From Nemertoderma westbladi (taxonomy: Eukaryota > Animalia > Xenacoelomorpha), in NCBI GenBank assembly GCA_032718475.1, contig JAUCBJ010007163.1, forward strand, positions 39,084 through 103,083: 64,000 nucleotides of DNA, written 5' to 3'. Below are positions 35,976 through 49,520 of this stretch, piece after piece; the first letter of the stretch is position 1, and each line of letters begins with the position of its first letter. Under the pieces are notes generated by a model that saw nothing but the letters and a program-made list of their open reading frames with translations, ran no database searches and was not told the origin of the DNA. Both the position numbers and the translations under genes were made by a program.

Positions 35976-38900
35976 TTTTATTATTGCGCTCCGCGCGCTA
36001 GTAGCTTTTATTATTGCGCTCCGCGCGCTAGTAGCTTTTATTATTGCGCACCGCGCGCTAGTAGCTTTTATTATTGCGCACCGCGCGCTAGTAGCTTTTA
36101 TTATTGCGCACCGCGCGCTAGTAGCTTTTATTATTGCGCTCCGCGCGCTAGTAGCTTTTATTATTGCGCTCCGCGCGCTAGTAGCTTTTATTATTGCGCA
36201 CCGCGCGCTAGTAGCTTTTATTATTGCGCTCCGCGCGCTAGTAGCTTTTATTATTGCGCTCCGCGCGCTAGTAGCTTTTATTATTGCGCACCGCGCGCTA
36301 GTAGCTTTTATTATTGCGCACCGCGCGCTAGTAGCTTTTATTATTGCGCACCGCGCGCTAGTAGCTTTTATTATTGCGCTCCGCGCGCTAGTAGCTTTTA
36401 TTATTGCGCTCCGCGCGCTAGTAGCTTTTATTATTGCGCACCGCGCGCTAGTAGCTTTTATTATTGCGCTCCGCGCGCTAGTAGCTTTTATTATTGCGCT
36501 CCGCGCGCTAGTAGCTTTTATTATTGCGCACCGCGCGCTAGTAGCTTTTATTATTGCGCACCGCGCGCTAGTAGCTTTTATTATTGCGCTCCGCGCGCTA
36601 GTAGCTTTTATTATTGCGCACCGCGCGCTAGTAGCTTTTATTATTGCGCTCCGCGCGCTAGTAGCTTTTATTATTGCGCTCCGCGCGCTAGTAGCTTTTA
36701 TTATTGCGCTCCGCGCGCTAGTAGCTTTTATTATTGCGCTCCGCGCGCTAGTAGCTTTTATTATTGCGCACCGCACACTAGTAGCTTTTATTATTGCGCT
36801 CCGCGCGCTAGTAGCTTTTATTATTGCGCACCGCACACTAGTAGCTTTTATTATTGCGCTCCGCACACTAGTAGCTTTTATTATTGCGCACCGCACACTA
36901 GTAGCTTTTATTATTGCGCACCGCACACTAGTAGCTTTTATTATTGCGCACCGCACACTAGTAGCTTTTATTATTGCGCTCCGCGCGCTAGTAGCTTTTA
37001 TTATTGCGCTCCGCGCGCTAGTAGCTTTTATTATTGCGCTCCGCGCGCTAGTAGCTTTTATTATTGCGCACCGCGCGCTAGTAGCTTTTATTATTGCGCT
37101 CCGCGCGCTAGTAGCTTTTATTATTGCGCACCGCACACTAGTAGCTTTTATTATTGCGCTCCGCGCGCTAGTAGCTTTTATTATTGCGCACCGCACACTA
37201 GTAGCTTTTATTATTGCGCTCCGCGCGCTAGTAGCTTTTATTATTGCGCTCCGCGCGCTAGTAGCTTTTATTATTGCGCACCGCACACTAGTAGCTTTTA
37301 TTATTGCGCACCGCACACTAGTAGCTTTTATTATTGCGCTCCGCGCGCTAGTAGCTTTTATTATTGCGCACCGCGCGCTAGTAGCTTTTATTATTGCGCT
37401 CCGCGCGCTAGTAGCTTTTATTATTGCGCTCCGCGCGCTAGTAGCTTTTATTATTGCGCACCGCGCGCTAGTAGCTTTTATTATTGCGCTCCGCGCGCTA
37501 GTAGCTTTTATTATTGCGCACCGCACACTAGTAGCTTTTATTATTGCGCTCCGCGCGCTAGTAGCTTTTATTATTGCGCTCCGCGCGCTAGTAGCTTTTA
37601 TTATTGCGCTCCGCGCGCTAGTAGCTTTTATTATTGCGCTCCGCGCGCTAGTAGCTTTTATTATTGCGCACCGCACACTAGTAGCTTTTATTATTGCGCA
37701 CCGCACACTAGTAGCTTTTATTATTGCGCACCGCACACTAGTAGCTTTTATTATTGCGCACCGCGCGCTAGTAGCTTTTATTATTGCGCTCCGCGCGCTA
37801 GTAGCTTTTATTATTGCGCACCGCACACTAGTAGCTTTTATTATTGCGCTCCGCGCGCTAGTAGCTTTTATTATTGCGCTCCGCGCGCTAGTAGCTTTTA
37901 TTATTGCGCACCGCACACTAGTAGCTTTTATTATTGCGCACCGCACACTAGTAGCTTTTATTATTGCGCACCGCACACTAGTAGCTTTTATTATTGCGCT
38001 CCGCACACTAGTAGCTTTTATTATTGCGCACCGCACACTAGTAGCTTTTATTATTGCGCACCGCACACTAGTAGCTTTTATTATTGCGCACCGCACACTA
38101 GTAGCTTTTATTATTGCGCTCCGCGCGCTAGTAGCTTTTATTATTGCGCTCCGCGCGCTAGTAGCTTTTATTATTGCGCTCCGCGCGCTAGTAGCTTTTA
38201 TTATTGCGCACCGCGCGCTAGTAGCTTTTATTATTGCGCTCCGCGCGCTAGTAGCTTTTATTATTGCGCACCGCACACTAGTAGCTTTTATTATTGCGCT
38301 CCGCGCGCTAGTAGCTTTTATTATTGCGCTCCGCGCGCTAGTAGCTTTTATTATTGCGCTCCGCGCGCTAGTAGCTTTTATTATTGCGCACCGCACACTA
38401 GTAGCTTTTATTATTGCGCTCCGCGCGCTAGTAGCTTTTATTATTGCGCACCGCACACTAGTAGCTTTTATTATTGCGCTCCGCGCGCTAGTAGCTTTTA
38501 TTATTGCGCACCGCACACTAGTAGCTTTTATTATTGCGCTCCGCGCGCTAGTAGCTTTTATTATTGCGCTCCGCGCGCTAGTAGCTTTTATTATTGCGCA
38601 CCGCACACTAGTAGCTTTTATTATTGCGCACCGCACACTAGTAGCTTTTATTATTGCGCTCCGCGCGCTAGTAGCTTTTATTATTGCGCTCCGCGCGCTA
38701 GTAGCTTTTATTATTGCGCACCGCGCGCTAGTAGCTTTTATTATTGCGCTCCGCGCGCTAGTAGCTTTTATTATTGCGCACCGCACACTAGTAGCTTTTA
38801 TTATTGCGCTCCGCGCGCTAGTAGCTTTTATTATTGCGCTCCGCGCGCTAGTAGCTTTTATTATTGCGCACCGCACACTAGTAGCTTTTATTATTGCGCA

Positions 38901-41900
38901 CCGCACACTAGTAGCTTTTATTATTGCGCTCCGCGCGCTAGTAGCTTTTATTATTGCGCTCCGCGCGCTAGTAGCTTTTATTATTGCGCACCGCGCGCTA
39001 GTAGCTTTTATTATTGCGCTCCGCGCGCTAGTAGCTTTTATTATTGCGCACCGCACACTAGTAGCTTTTATTATTGCGCTCCGCGCGCTAGTAGCTTTTA
39101 TTATTGCGCACCGCGCGCTAGTAGCTTTTATTATTGCGCTCCGCGCGCTAGTAGCTTTTATTATTGCGCACCGCGCGCTAGTAGCTTTTATTATTGCGCT
39201 CCGCGCGCTAGTAGCTTTTATTATTGCGCTCCGCGCGCTAGTAGCTTTTATTATTGCGCTCCGCGCGCTAGTAGCTTTTATTATTGCGCACCGCACACTA
39301 GTAGCTTTTATTATTGCGCACCGCACACTAGTAGCTTTTATTATTGCGCTCCGCGCGCTAGTAGCTTTTATTATTGCGCTCCGCGCGCTAGTAGCTTTTA
39401 TTATTGCGCACCGCACACTAGTAGCTTTTATTATTGCGCACCGCACACTAGTAGCTTTTATTATTGCGCTCCGCGCGCTAGTAGCTTTTATTATTGCGCA
39501 CCGCACACTAGTAGCTTTTATTATTGCGCACCGCACACTAGTAGCTTTTATTATTGCGCTCCGCGCGCTAGTAGCTTTTATTATTGCGCTCCGCGCGCTA
39601 GTAGCTTTTATTATTGCGCACCGCGCGCTAGTAGCTTTTATTATTGCGCTCCGCGCGCTAGTAGCTTTTATTATTGCGCACCGCACACTAGTAGCTTTTA
39701 TTATTGCGCTCCGCGCGCTAGTAGCTTTTATTATTGCGCTCCGCGCGCTAGTAGCTTTTATTATTGCGCACCGCGCGCTAGTAGCTTTTATTATTGCGCA
39801 CCGCGCGCTAGTAGCTTTTATTATTGCGCACCGCACACTAGTAGCTTTTATTATTGCGCACCGCACACTAGTAGCTTTTATTATTGCGCTCCGCGCGCTA
39901 GTAGCTTTTATTATTGCGCACCGCGCGCTAGTAGCTTTTATTATTGCGCTCCGCACACTAGTAGCTTTTATTATTGCGCACCGCACACTAGTAGCTTTTA
40001 TTATTGCGCACCGCGCGCTAGTAGCTTTTATTATTGCGCACCGCGCACTAGTAGCTTTTATTATTGCGCTCCGCGCGCTAGTAGCTTTTATTATTGCGCA
40101 CCGCACACTAGTAGCTTTTATTATTGCGCACCGCGCGCTAGTAGCTTTTATTATTGCGCACCGCGCACTAGTAGCTTTTATTATTGCGCTCCGCGCGCTA
40201 GTAGCATTTATTATTGCGCTCCGCGCGCTAGTAGCTTTTATTATTGCGCACCGCACACTAGTAGCTTTTATTATTGCGCACCGCGCGCTAGTAGCTTTTA
40301 TTATTGCGCTCCGCGCGCTAGTAGCTTTTATTATTGCGCACCGCACACTAGTAGCTTTTATTATTGCGCTCCGCGCGCTAGTAGCTTTTATTATTGCGCA
40401 CCGCACACTAGTAGCTTTTATTATTGCGCACCGCGCGCTAGTAGCTTTTATTATTGCGCACCGCACACTAGTAGCTTTTATTATTGCGCACCGCACACTA
40501 GTAGCTTTTATTATTGCGCTCCGCGCGCTAGTAGCTTTTATTATTGCGCTCCGCGCGCTAGTAGCTTTTATTATTGCGCACCGCACACTAGTAGCTTTTA
40601 TTATTGCGCACCGCACACTAGTAGCTTTTATTATTGCGCTCCGCACACTAGTAGCTTTTATTATTGCGCACCGCACGCTAGTAGCTTTTATTATTGCGCT
40701 CCGCGCGCTAGTAGCTTTTATTATTGCGCTCCGCGCGCTAGTAGCTTTTATTATTGCGCACCGCACACTAGTAGCTTTTATTATTGCGCACCGCACACTA
40801 GTAGCTTTTATTATTGCGCACCGCACACTAGTAGCTTTTATTATTGCGCTCCGCGCGCTAGTAGCTTTTATTATTGCGCTCCGCGCGCTAGTAGCTTTTA
40901 TTATTGCGCACCGCACACTAGTAGCTTTTATTATTGCGCACCGCACACTAGTAGCTTTTATTATTGCGCACCGCGCGCTAGTAGCTTTTATTATTGCGCA
41001 CCGCACACTAGTAGCTTTTATTATTGCGCACCGCACACTAGTAGCTTTTATTATTGCGCTCCGCGCGCTAGTAGCTTTTATTATTGCGCTCCGCGCGCTA
41101 GTAGCTTTTATTATTGCGCACCGCACACTAGTAGCTTTTATTATTGCGCACCGCACACTAGTAGCTTTTATTATTGCGCTCCGCACACTAGTAGCTTTTA
41201 TTATTGCGCTCCGCGCGCTAGTAGCTTTTATTATTGCGCTCCGCGCGCTAGTAGCTTTTATTATTGCGCTCCGCACACTAGTAGCTTTTATTATTGCGCT
41301 CCGCGCGCTAGTAGCTTTTATTATTGCGCTCCGCGCGCTAGTAGCTTTTATTATTGCGCACCGCACACTAGTAGCTTTTATTATTGCGCACCGCACACTA
41401 GTAGCTTTTATTATTGCGCTCCGCACACTAGTAGCTTTTATTATTGCGCACCGCACGCTAGTAGCTTTTATTATTGCGCTCCGCGCGCTAGTAGCTTTTA
41501 TTATTGCGCTCCGCACACTAGTAGCTTTTATTATTGCGCTCCGCGCGCTAGTAGCTTTTATTATTGCGCTCCGCGCGCTAGTAGCTTTTATTATTGCGCA
41601 CCGCACACTAGTAGCTTTTATTATTGCGCACCGCGCGCTTGTAGCTTTTATTATTGCGCTCCGCGCGCTAGTAGCTTTTATTATTGCGCTCCGCGCGCTA
41701 GTAGCTTTTATTATTGCGCACCGCGCGCTAGTAGCTTTTATTATTGCGCTCCGCGCGCTAGTAGCTTTTATTATTGCGCACCGCACACTAGTAGCTTTTA
41801 TTATTGCGCACCGCGCGCTAGTAGCTTTTATTATTGCGCACCGCACACTAGTAGCTTTTATTATTGCGCTCCGCGCGCTAGTAGCTTTTATTATTGCGCT

Positions 41901-42620
41901 CCGCGCGCTAGTAGCTTTTATTATTGCGCTCCGCGCGCTAGTAGCTTTTATTATTGCGCACCGCACACTAGTAGCTTTTATTATTGCGCACCGCGCGCTT
42001 GTAGCTTTTATTATTGCGCTCCGCGCGCTAGTAGCTTTTATTATTGCGCTCCGCGCGCTAGTAGCTTTTATTATTGCGCTCCGCGCGCTAGTAGCTTTTA
42101 TTATTGCGCACCGCACACTAGTAGCTTTTATTATTGCGCACCGCGCGCTTGTAGCTTTTATTATTGCGCTCCGCGCGCTAGTAGCTTTTATTATTGCGCT
42201 CCGCGCGCTAGTAGCTTTTATTATTGCGCACCGCGCGCTAGTAGCTTTTATTATTGCGCACCGCACACTAGTAGCTTTTATTATTGCGCTCCGCGCGCTA
42301 GTAGCTTTTATTATTGCGCTCCGCGCGCTAGTAGCTTTTATTATTGCGCTCCGCGCGCTAGTAGCTTTTATTATTGCGCACCGCACACTAGTAGCTTTTA
42401 TTATTGCGCACCGCGCGCTTGTAGCTTTTATTATTGCGCTCCGCGCGCTAGTAGCTTTTATTATTGCGCTCCGCGCGCTAGTAGCTTTTATTATTGCGCA
42501 CCGCACACTAGTAGCTTTTATTATTGCGCTCCGCACACTAGTAGCTTTTATTATTGCGCACCGCACGCTAGTAGCTTTTATTATTGCGCTCCGCGCGCTA
42601 GTAGCTTTTATTATTGCGCT
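35976..42620. repeat. 30-bp satellite, left part (about 221 units)
   Basis: TTTTATTATTGCGC[T/A]CCGC[GCG/ACA]CTAGTAGC. Confidence 0.98.
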
Positions 42621-45600
42621 ATTACAGTCAGCAAACAAATGTCAAATCCACTCAGAAAAAGAGGAGTTGGTGGAACAGCACTTTTCTACCGCAAAAACAT
42701 TTTCAATGTCATAAATAAGTTTGAATCTGGTGGTGATATAACTGGTATTGTGACGAATGTCAAATCTCTCAATGTCAATCCCATTGCCCTAATTGCAGGA
42801 TATGCTCCAGACAGTGGTAAGGATGACCAAACATTTAGCTCTTTCCTGGGGAGATTGGAGGCAACTTTGACGCATTTCAGTCATGCAACACCATTCATCA
42901 TGATTGATGCTAATGCCGATATTGGCTCCAGTCAAGGACCACGGTGTAACCAACAACAACCAACAAAGCGTGGTAAAATGCTATTAAATTTTCTCACTGA
43001 TAACAAACTTACAGCTGTTGATACCCTAGAATTATGCAATGGCCCGTGTCATACATTCCAGGGCCATGGAAATTCTTATATTGACCATGTACTCACAAAC
43101 CTCAATGGACTTCGACTCTGCACAGAAGGTCAGGTGTATGACCATGACGAACTCAGGAATGGATCAGACCACAGCCCAGTATCAATTAAACTATATCCTA
43201 TTTTAGCTCCAGCAACCGAACCTAAAGAGGAAGCCATAAGCAACACCACAGTGAGAATGAAATGCACCAAGAAACAACTGTTACTTAATTGGAACAAAAC
43301 ATCGGCTGAAAATATATCCAAATATAAAATAGAGGTGAACACCAATCTCAAAGCACTCCAGGAAGAGTATGGCAATAACCCTATTACCTGGACAGAAAAA
43401 ATAATGAATGTGTATCTAGAGAAAGTGACACACACCATTCAGCAAGCAGCTTCAAAGTTTATCATGAAAATCACAATCAGAAAGAAAACCAAAAACCTTA
43501 GAATAATAAACAAGAAGCTCAACTCTCGGAGCAAAACAACAAAAGGTTTATATAAACAATGGTGCAGTAATGGAAAGTCACCTTATGACCCACTTGGGGA
43601 GGCCTTTAAAGAGTCCAAAAAGAATAGCCGTAGACTCAGAAACTGGTTGGCAAACAAGCTGACAGCGGATCAGGTATTGAGGGCAACAAGCAACAAGAAC
43701 ACATCACCAAAAGACTATTGGAAATTCTTCAGCACTAAAAAGAATAGTCCGAAAGCAGCAGATCCAACAACTGAGGAAAGGATAAAATCATATTTCTCAA
43801 AAAAATTTCGATGTGAAAATGATAACACAAATACTCAAGACCTTCTCACTCTCAACAAAGACCTAGATGATGAATGTGATGGCTCTTGTACCCCGGTGAT
43901 CTCAGAATTGTGGGTAAAATGCGCGATCTTTTCTCTGAATCGAGGGAAGGCACCAGATTTTGACACATTGACTGTCGAACACCTTTTAAATCTTGATCCA
44001 ATAGTAATTTCGGTATGCTTAAGGAATGTTATTCAAGCTGCCCTCCTGCTAGGAAAAGTTCCCACCTCTTTTGGTAGAACATTATTAAACACCATACACA
44101 AAGGCTCAAGAAAGGATCCTTACTGCCCAAAATCATTCAGGCCTGTGTCAACAATTAGTATCTTTGCCAAAATTATGGAAGCGATAATCTTGAAACACTA
44201 CCTAACCAACATTGCTCCAGCTGAACTCCAAACAGCTTACCGTAAGGGCTTGGGAACAGATATTGTGGTAGCAGCATTGCTTGAGTTAATCCACAACAAT
44301 GAAAAGCAAAACCAAGGAACATATGTGTGTCAGATGGACATACAGAGTGCCTTCGATGAGGTGAATCATTGCAAACTTTTCAACAAACTGAGACATAAAA
44401 TCAACCCATATGTTTGTAGAATGTTGGTGCATTACTACTCAAATAGCTATATGTTCATCAAGTTTGGTCAATGTATTGACACTGATGGGTTCAAGGTAAC
44501 AATTGGAATACTTCAAGGTTCAATCCTCTCACCACACCTCTTCAACTTCTTCCTAAGAGAAGTCTTCACAGACATGGAGAATATCAAACTTGGGTGCTTC
44601 ATCAATAATCAATGGCTTGGCTGCCTTTCGTATGCAGATGACATACTCCTAATATCTACATTATCCAGTGAAATTGAAATGATGAGTGCACGCCTAAATG
44701 AGTCACTCAGAAAAATTGGACTTGGCATAGCCACTGATAAAACAAAATGGACGTACTGCAAGCCCCCTAGAAGTAACAAGTATATACCATGCTTCCTTAA
44801 CCTGATGGGTGATCTTGTTCCCTTTAGTAGGAGCATAACATTTCTCGGCTATAAGGTATTTCATGAGCCCATTACAGCTTACCATGATGTTATCTGCAAA
44901 ATCACGTTGCTATCGGAGATTTTCCACAGAAATGGTTGGACATCGCGTAAGCATGAGGTAAAGGACGTTAGAAAAATTTGGAACTCATGCGCATTACCTT
45001 CTCTACTCTATAATCTTACCTTCCAAATTGGCACACTTACTGATACTCAAGTGAAATCACTCGATGCTTACTACCGAAAACATCTGAGGGGACTACTATG
45101 CGTCGGCAACTACTTGAGTAACAGCACTGTAATAGGGCTCTTTAACACAGGAAATCTGTCAAACGAAGCTTTCAAGAGTATGCTCAGACTTATCCAGCGA
45201 GTGAAGTACTGCCCTAGCCTCACCCTCCAATACTGCCTCCGTATTAACCTTGATAAATCTTGTAATACTTCTAAAGACAATTACCTAGGACTAGGTGGAA
45301 CTTATAACAGAGCAAATCAGGAGTACGCAATTCCATCTACCAACTCACTTTTAAATTCAGTGTACAACAAGAAGTCTCTAATGAAATACGTCTGTGAAGG
45401 CACAACAAGTTACATTGAAGATCGACATATTGATTTCATCACATCTGTATTTACCCTCAGAAGAGAACATTTCTCCATTAAAAATCAACGAATCAGGGAA
45501 TACTTTAATGTATAATACCACACCACACACACAGATCATTGGTACTAACACTCGTTATTTTACCTTAATGCTGGATTAGTGACTTCCAAAATTAAAGTTA

Positions 45601-46255
45601 TAAAAATTGTATTGTGTATATTGAGATGAACCACTTACATCAACCAACATAACGGTTTAGCTGTGCTCTCGTGACTGGGTGACTTAGTCACCAATTTTAT
45701 ATGTGCAGCTATTAAATACTACCACTATGCTATCAAACCAACTACCGTCGACTGGCTGTCATGCTATTAGTCTTGTTATTAACCATCCAAATCGTAATCC
45801 TGCTTGTTTCCACCCTACCGGTAATTAATTTCCGTATCAATCAAATCATTATTACATTACTATCGCTTCATTTGATGTCTGTGAACCTAACTAATGAACT
45901 GCATAATGTATAAATATTGTCTCCTTTTGCTTCATAATCAATGTCAATCATAATGTTATTTCAACTATTGTTTCTTATTTAACTTTGCCCAAATCTCATA
46001 CCAAACCAATAATAAACACAATCTACTGATTATGTTATACTTATGCACACTTATTGCACACTTACTATATATATACATATGCCTATGACATCTTATTGTA
46101 AATTTTAATCTGTGCTGTGTAATTTTTAAATTTTAATTTGTATCTCTGAATGTCTTATACCGATTTTAATGTGTCAATCTTGTGCACTTTTATTATATGT
46201 TCTTGTGCAATTTTATGTCAATTTTATTTGATTAAAACAATGAAATGAAATGAAA
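42621..46255 (+). mobile_element. 5'-truncated RTEX-like LINE inserted in the 30-bp satellite, with (AATGA)n tail and 9-bp TSD
   Basis: TSD TATTGCGCT at 42612-42620 and 46256-46264. Tail AATGAAATGAAATGAAA. APE-RT ORF present. Confidence 0.92.
42639..45515 (+). CDS. LINE ORF2, open from within the APE domain through RT (APE N-terminus missing)
   Basis: GGTALFY, GYAP, IDANADIG, YIDHVL, SDHSPV (APE); MDIQSAFD, GILQGSILSP, YADD (RT). No stops. First ATG at 42639. Confidence 0.8.
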   Translation: MSNPLRKRGVGGTALFYRKNIFNVINKFESGGDITGIVTNVKSLNVNPIALIAGYAPDSGKDDQTFSSFLGRLEATLTHFSHATPFIMIDANADIGSSQGPRCNQQQPTKRGKMLLNFLTDNKLTAVDTLELCNGPCHTFQGHGNSYIDHVLTNLNGLRLCTEGQVYDHDELRNGSDHSPVSIKLYPILAPATEPKEEAISNTTVRMKCTKKQLLLNWNKTSAENISKYKIEVNTNLKALQEEYGNNPITWTEKIMNVYLEKVTHTIQQAASKFIMKITIRKKTKNLRIINKKLNSRSKTTKGLYKQWCSNGKSPYDPLGEAFKESKKNSRRLRNWLANKLTADQVLRATSNKNTSPKDYWKFFSTKKNSPKAADPTTEERIKSYFSKKFRCENDNTNTQDLLTLNKDLDDECDGSCTPVISELWVKCAIFSLNRGKAPDFDTLTVEHLLNLDPIVISVCLRNVIQAALLLGKVPTSFGRTLLNTIHKGSRKDPYCPKSFRPVSTISIFAKIMEAIILKHYLTNIAPAELQTAYRKGLGTDIVVAALLELIHNNEKQNQGTYVCQMDIQSAFDEVNHCKLFNKLRHKINPYVCRMLVHYYSNSYMFIKFGQCIDTDGFKVTIGILQGSILSPHLFNFFLREVFTDMENIKLGCFINNQWLGCLSYADDILLISTLSSEIEMMSARLNESLRKIGLGIATDKTKWTYCKPPRSNKYIPCFLNLMGDLVPFSRSITFLGYKVFHEPITAYHDVICKITLLSEIFHRNGWTSRKHEVKDVRKIWNSCALPSLLYNLTFQIGTLTDTQVKSLDAYYRKHLRGLLCVGNYLSNSTVIGLFNTGNLSNEAFKSMLRLIQRVKYCPSLTLQYCLRINLDKSCNTSKDNYLGLGGTYNRANQEYAIPSTNSLLNSVYNKKSLMKYVCEGTTSYIEDRHIDFITSVFTLRREHFSIKNQRIREYFNV

Positions 46256-48412
46256 TATTGCGCTCCGCGCGCTAGTAGCTTTTATTATTGCGCACCGCAC
46301 ACTAGTAGCTTTTATTATTGCGCACCGCGCGCTTGTAGCTTTTATTATTGCGCTCCGCGCGCTAGTAGCTTTTATTATTGCGCTCCGCGCGCTAGTAGCT
46401 TTTATTATTGCGCACCGCGCGCTAGTAGCTTTTATTATTGCGCTCCGCGCACTAGTAGCTTTTATTATTGCGCACCGCACACTAGTAGCTTTTATTATTG
46501 CGCACCGCGCGCTAGTAGCTTTTATTATTGCGCACCGCACACTAGTAGCTTTTATTATTGCGCACCGCGCGCTAGTAGCTTTTATTATTGCGCACCGCAC
46601 ACTAGTAGCTTTTATTATTGCGCACCGCGCGCTAGTAGCTTTTATTATTGCGCACCGCGCGCTAGTAGCTTTTATTATTGCGCTCCGCGCGCTAGTAGCT
46701 TTTATTATTGCGCACCGCACACTAGTAGCTTTTATTATTGCGCACCGCGCGCTAGTAGCTTTTATTATTGCGCACCGCACACTAGTAGCTTTTATTATTG
46801 CGCACCGCGCGCTAGTAGCTTTTATTATTGCGCTCCGCGCGCTAGTAGCTTTTATTATTGCGCTCCGCGCGCTAGTAGCTTTTATTATTGCGCACCGCGC
46901 GCTAGTAGCTTTTATTATTGCGCACCGCACACTAGTAGCTTTTATTATTGCGCACCGCACACTAGTAGCTTTTATTATTGCGCACCGCACACTAGTAGCT
47001 TTTATTATTGCGCTCCGCACACTAGTAGCTTTTATTATTGCGCTCCGCGCGCTAGTAGCTTTTATTATTGCGCTCCGCGCGCTAGTAGCTTTTATTATTG
47101 CGCTCCGCACACTAGTAGCTTTTATTATTGCGCTCCGCGCGCTAGTAGCTTTTATTATTGCGCACCGCGCGCTAGTAGCTTTTATTATTGCGCACCGCGC
47201 GCTAGTAGCTTTTATTATTGCGCACCGCGCGCTAGTAGCTTTTATTATTGCGCACCGCACACTAGTAGCTTTTATTATTGCGCACCGCACACTAGTAGCT
47301 TTTATTATTGCGCACCGCACACTAGTAGCTTTTATTATTGCGCACCGCGCGCTAGTAGCTTTTATTATTGCGCACCGCACACTAGTAGCTTTTATTATTG
47401 CGCTCCGCGCGCTAGTAGCTTTTATTATTGCGCTCCGCGCGCTAGTAGCTTTTATTATTGCGCTCCGCGCGCTAGTAGCTTTTATTATTGCGCACCGCAC
47501 ACTAGTAGCTTTTATTATTGCGCTCCGCGCGCTAGTAGCTTTTATTATTGCGCACCGCACACTAGTAGCTTTTATTATTGCGCTCCGCGCGCTAGTAGCT
47601 TTTATTATTGCGCACCGCACACTAGTAGCTTTTATTATTGCGCACCGCGCGCTAGTAGCTTTTATTATTGCGCACCGCACACTAGTAGCTTTTATTATTG
47701 CGCACCGCGCGCTAGTAGCTTTTATTATTGCGCACCGCGCGCTAGTAGCTTTTATTATTGCGCACCGCACACTAGTAGCTTTTATTATTGCGCTCCGCAC
47801 ACTAGTAGCTTTTATTATTGCGCTCCGCACACTAGTAGCTTTTATTATTGCGCACCGCACACTAGTAGCTTTTATTATTGCGCACCGCACACTAGTAGCT
47901 TTTATTATTGCGCTCCGCACACTAGTAGCTTTTATTATTGCGCTCCGCGCGCTAGTAGCTTTTATTATTGCGCACCGCACACTAGTAGCTTTTATTATTG
48001 CGCACCGCACACTAGTAGCTTTTATTATTGCGCACCGCACACTAGTAGCTTTTATTATTGCGCACCGCACACTAGTAGCTTTTATTATTGCGCACCGCAC
48101 ACTAGTAGCTTTTATTATTGCGCACCGCACACTAGTAGCTTTTATTATTGCGCACCGCACACTAGTAGCTTTTATTATTGCGCACCGCACACTAGTAGCT
48201 TTTATTATTGCGCTCCGCACACTAGTAGCTTTTATTATTGCGCACCGCGCGCTAGTAGCTTTTATTATTGCGCTCCGCGCGCTAGTAGCTTTTATTATTG
48301 CGCTCCGCGCGCTAGTAGCTTTTATTATTGCGCTCCGCGCGCTAGTAGCTTTTATTATTGCGCACCGCGCGCTTGTAGCTTTTATTATTGCGCTCCGCGC
48401 GCTAGTAGCTTT
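46256..48412. repeat. 30-bp satellite, right part (about 72 units)
   Basis: Same unit and same rare variants as the left part. Ends into ...GTAGCTTTCATTTGATACC. Confidence 0.98.
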
Positions 48413-49400
48413 CATTTGATACCAAAAACTTGCAAATTGGTAAAAAAATGGCGGAGGGGTAGTGTTTTAAAAATGAAAAATTCCAATCCGTGATAATTGC
48501 CTTTAAATTTTGAACCTCCCCGCGTAAAAAAATGTCTGTTAATATTTGAGAATGTCTGTCAATTTATATAGCAACACGAAAGCACAAAACCATGCTAAGA
48601 TTATTGCTATGGGGCTTTTCCTGCGGTCGCAGATTTAATTTCTGAGGTCAGTTTTCACTTTTAATGAAATCTAATTAGTCTGTTTGTCTGGCTGTCGGTC
48701 TTTCTGACTACCCGACAATCTGTCTGTTAAATATAAGATAAGGGCACCACATCTAGCTAAAAGTTTAGTTATTGGGGTTTCTATGGGCACAGAATTCATT
48801 TCGAGTGTAAGATTTAACATATGATGACTTTCAAGTTGTCTGTTTAGCTGTCAGGCTGTCGGTTATGTTATGACGAGCAGAGTAACATGCATACAGAAAG
48901 AAAAGACGAGGCCAAATTTGAAAATTAACATCAGAGATGAAGTCACCGACCACGAAAACCCATATAGGAATCTTTTTAGACAGATTGTATGTTTTCTATT
49001 GTTTTGGAGATTTACTAACGGACAGACCGACAGTAAAACGGACAGAGAAGAAAGATCTCGAGAAGAAAGACAGATTTGGCTAAACGGTTTTCATATTTGG
49101 AATCTTGATAAAAATATTCTCTATTTCAATAAAAAAATTTGAAAGCCAGTGAAGTGATTAATGTGAAGAATGGCAATGATACAGAGGGTGCAATTTCGCA
49201 AAAGACACTTTTTTAAAACGCTTATAAAAAAAATTTAAAGGCAAAATCGAAAATTCCGGCTTCATGGTAACAACCACGGTGAGTTGAACTCGTTGTGTTT
49301 GAAAGTTCAAGCAATTTGATAAAGATTTGTAGAAAAATCTGGGGGGGGGGGGGGGGGTGTCCGTGTCATCAGAAAATGAAACTATATTACGGGTCATGGT

Positions 49401-49520
49401 GTATAAAGGTATTGTCCAACATAACATATAGGATTACCCCTAAAGCTTTGCAGCTTATTTCCAAGGGGGTCCTTTATGTTACTTGGTTACATTACAAATA
49501 CAATATTACATAATACACTA
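49401..49520 (-). mobile_element. Short inverted fragment of the CR1-group LINE 3' UTR
   Basis: Reverse complement of about 18575-18681 (GGACCCCCTTGGAAATAAGCTGCAAAGCTTTAGGGG). Confidence 0.85.

Noticed and set aside
35976-48412. Binary variant pattern as encoded information
   Set aside because: Explained by CpG decay plus unequal exchange or slippage. Nothing supports a readout mechanism.
35916-48493. Giant ORFs of 727-3182 aa in the 30-bp satellite
   Set aside because: They result from a 30-bp unit lacking stops in three frames and overlap on both strands. Only 42639-45515 has real protein motifs.
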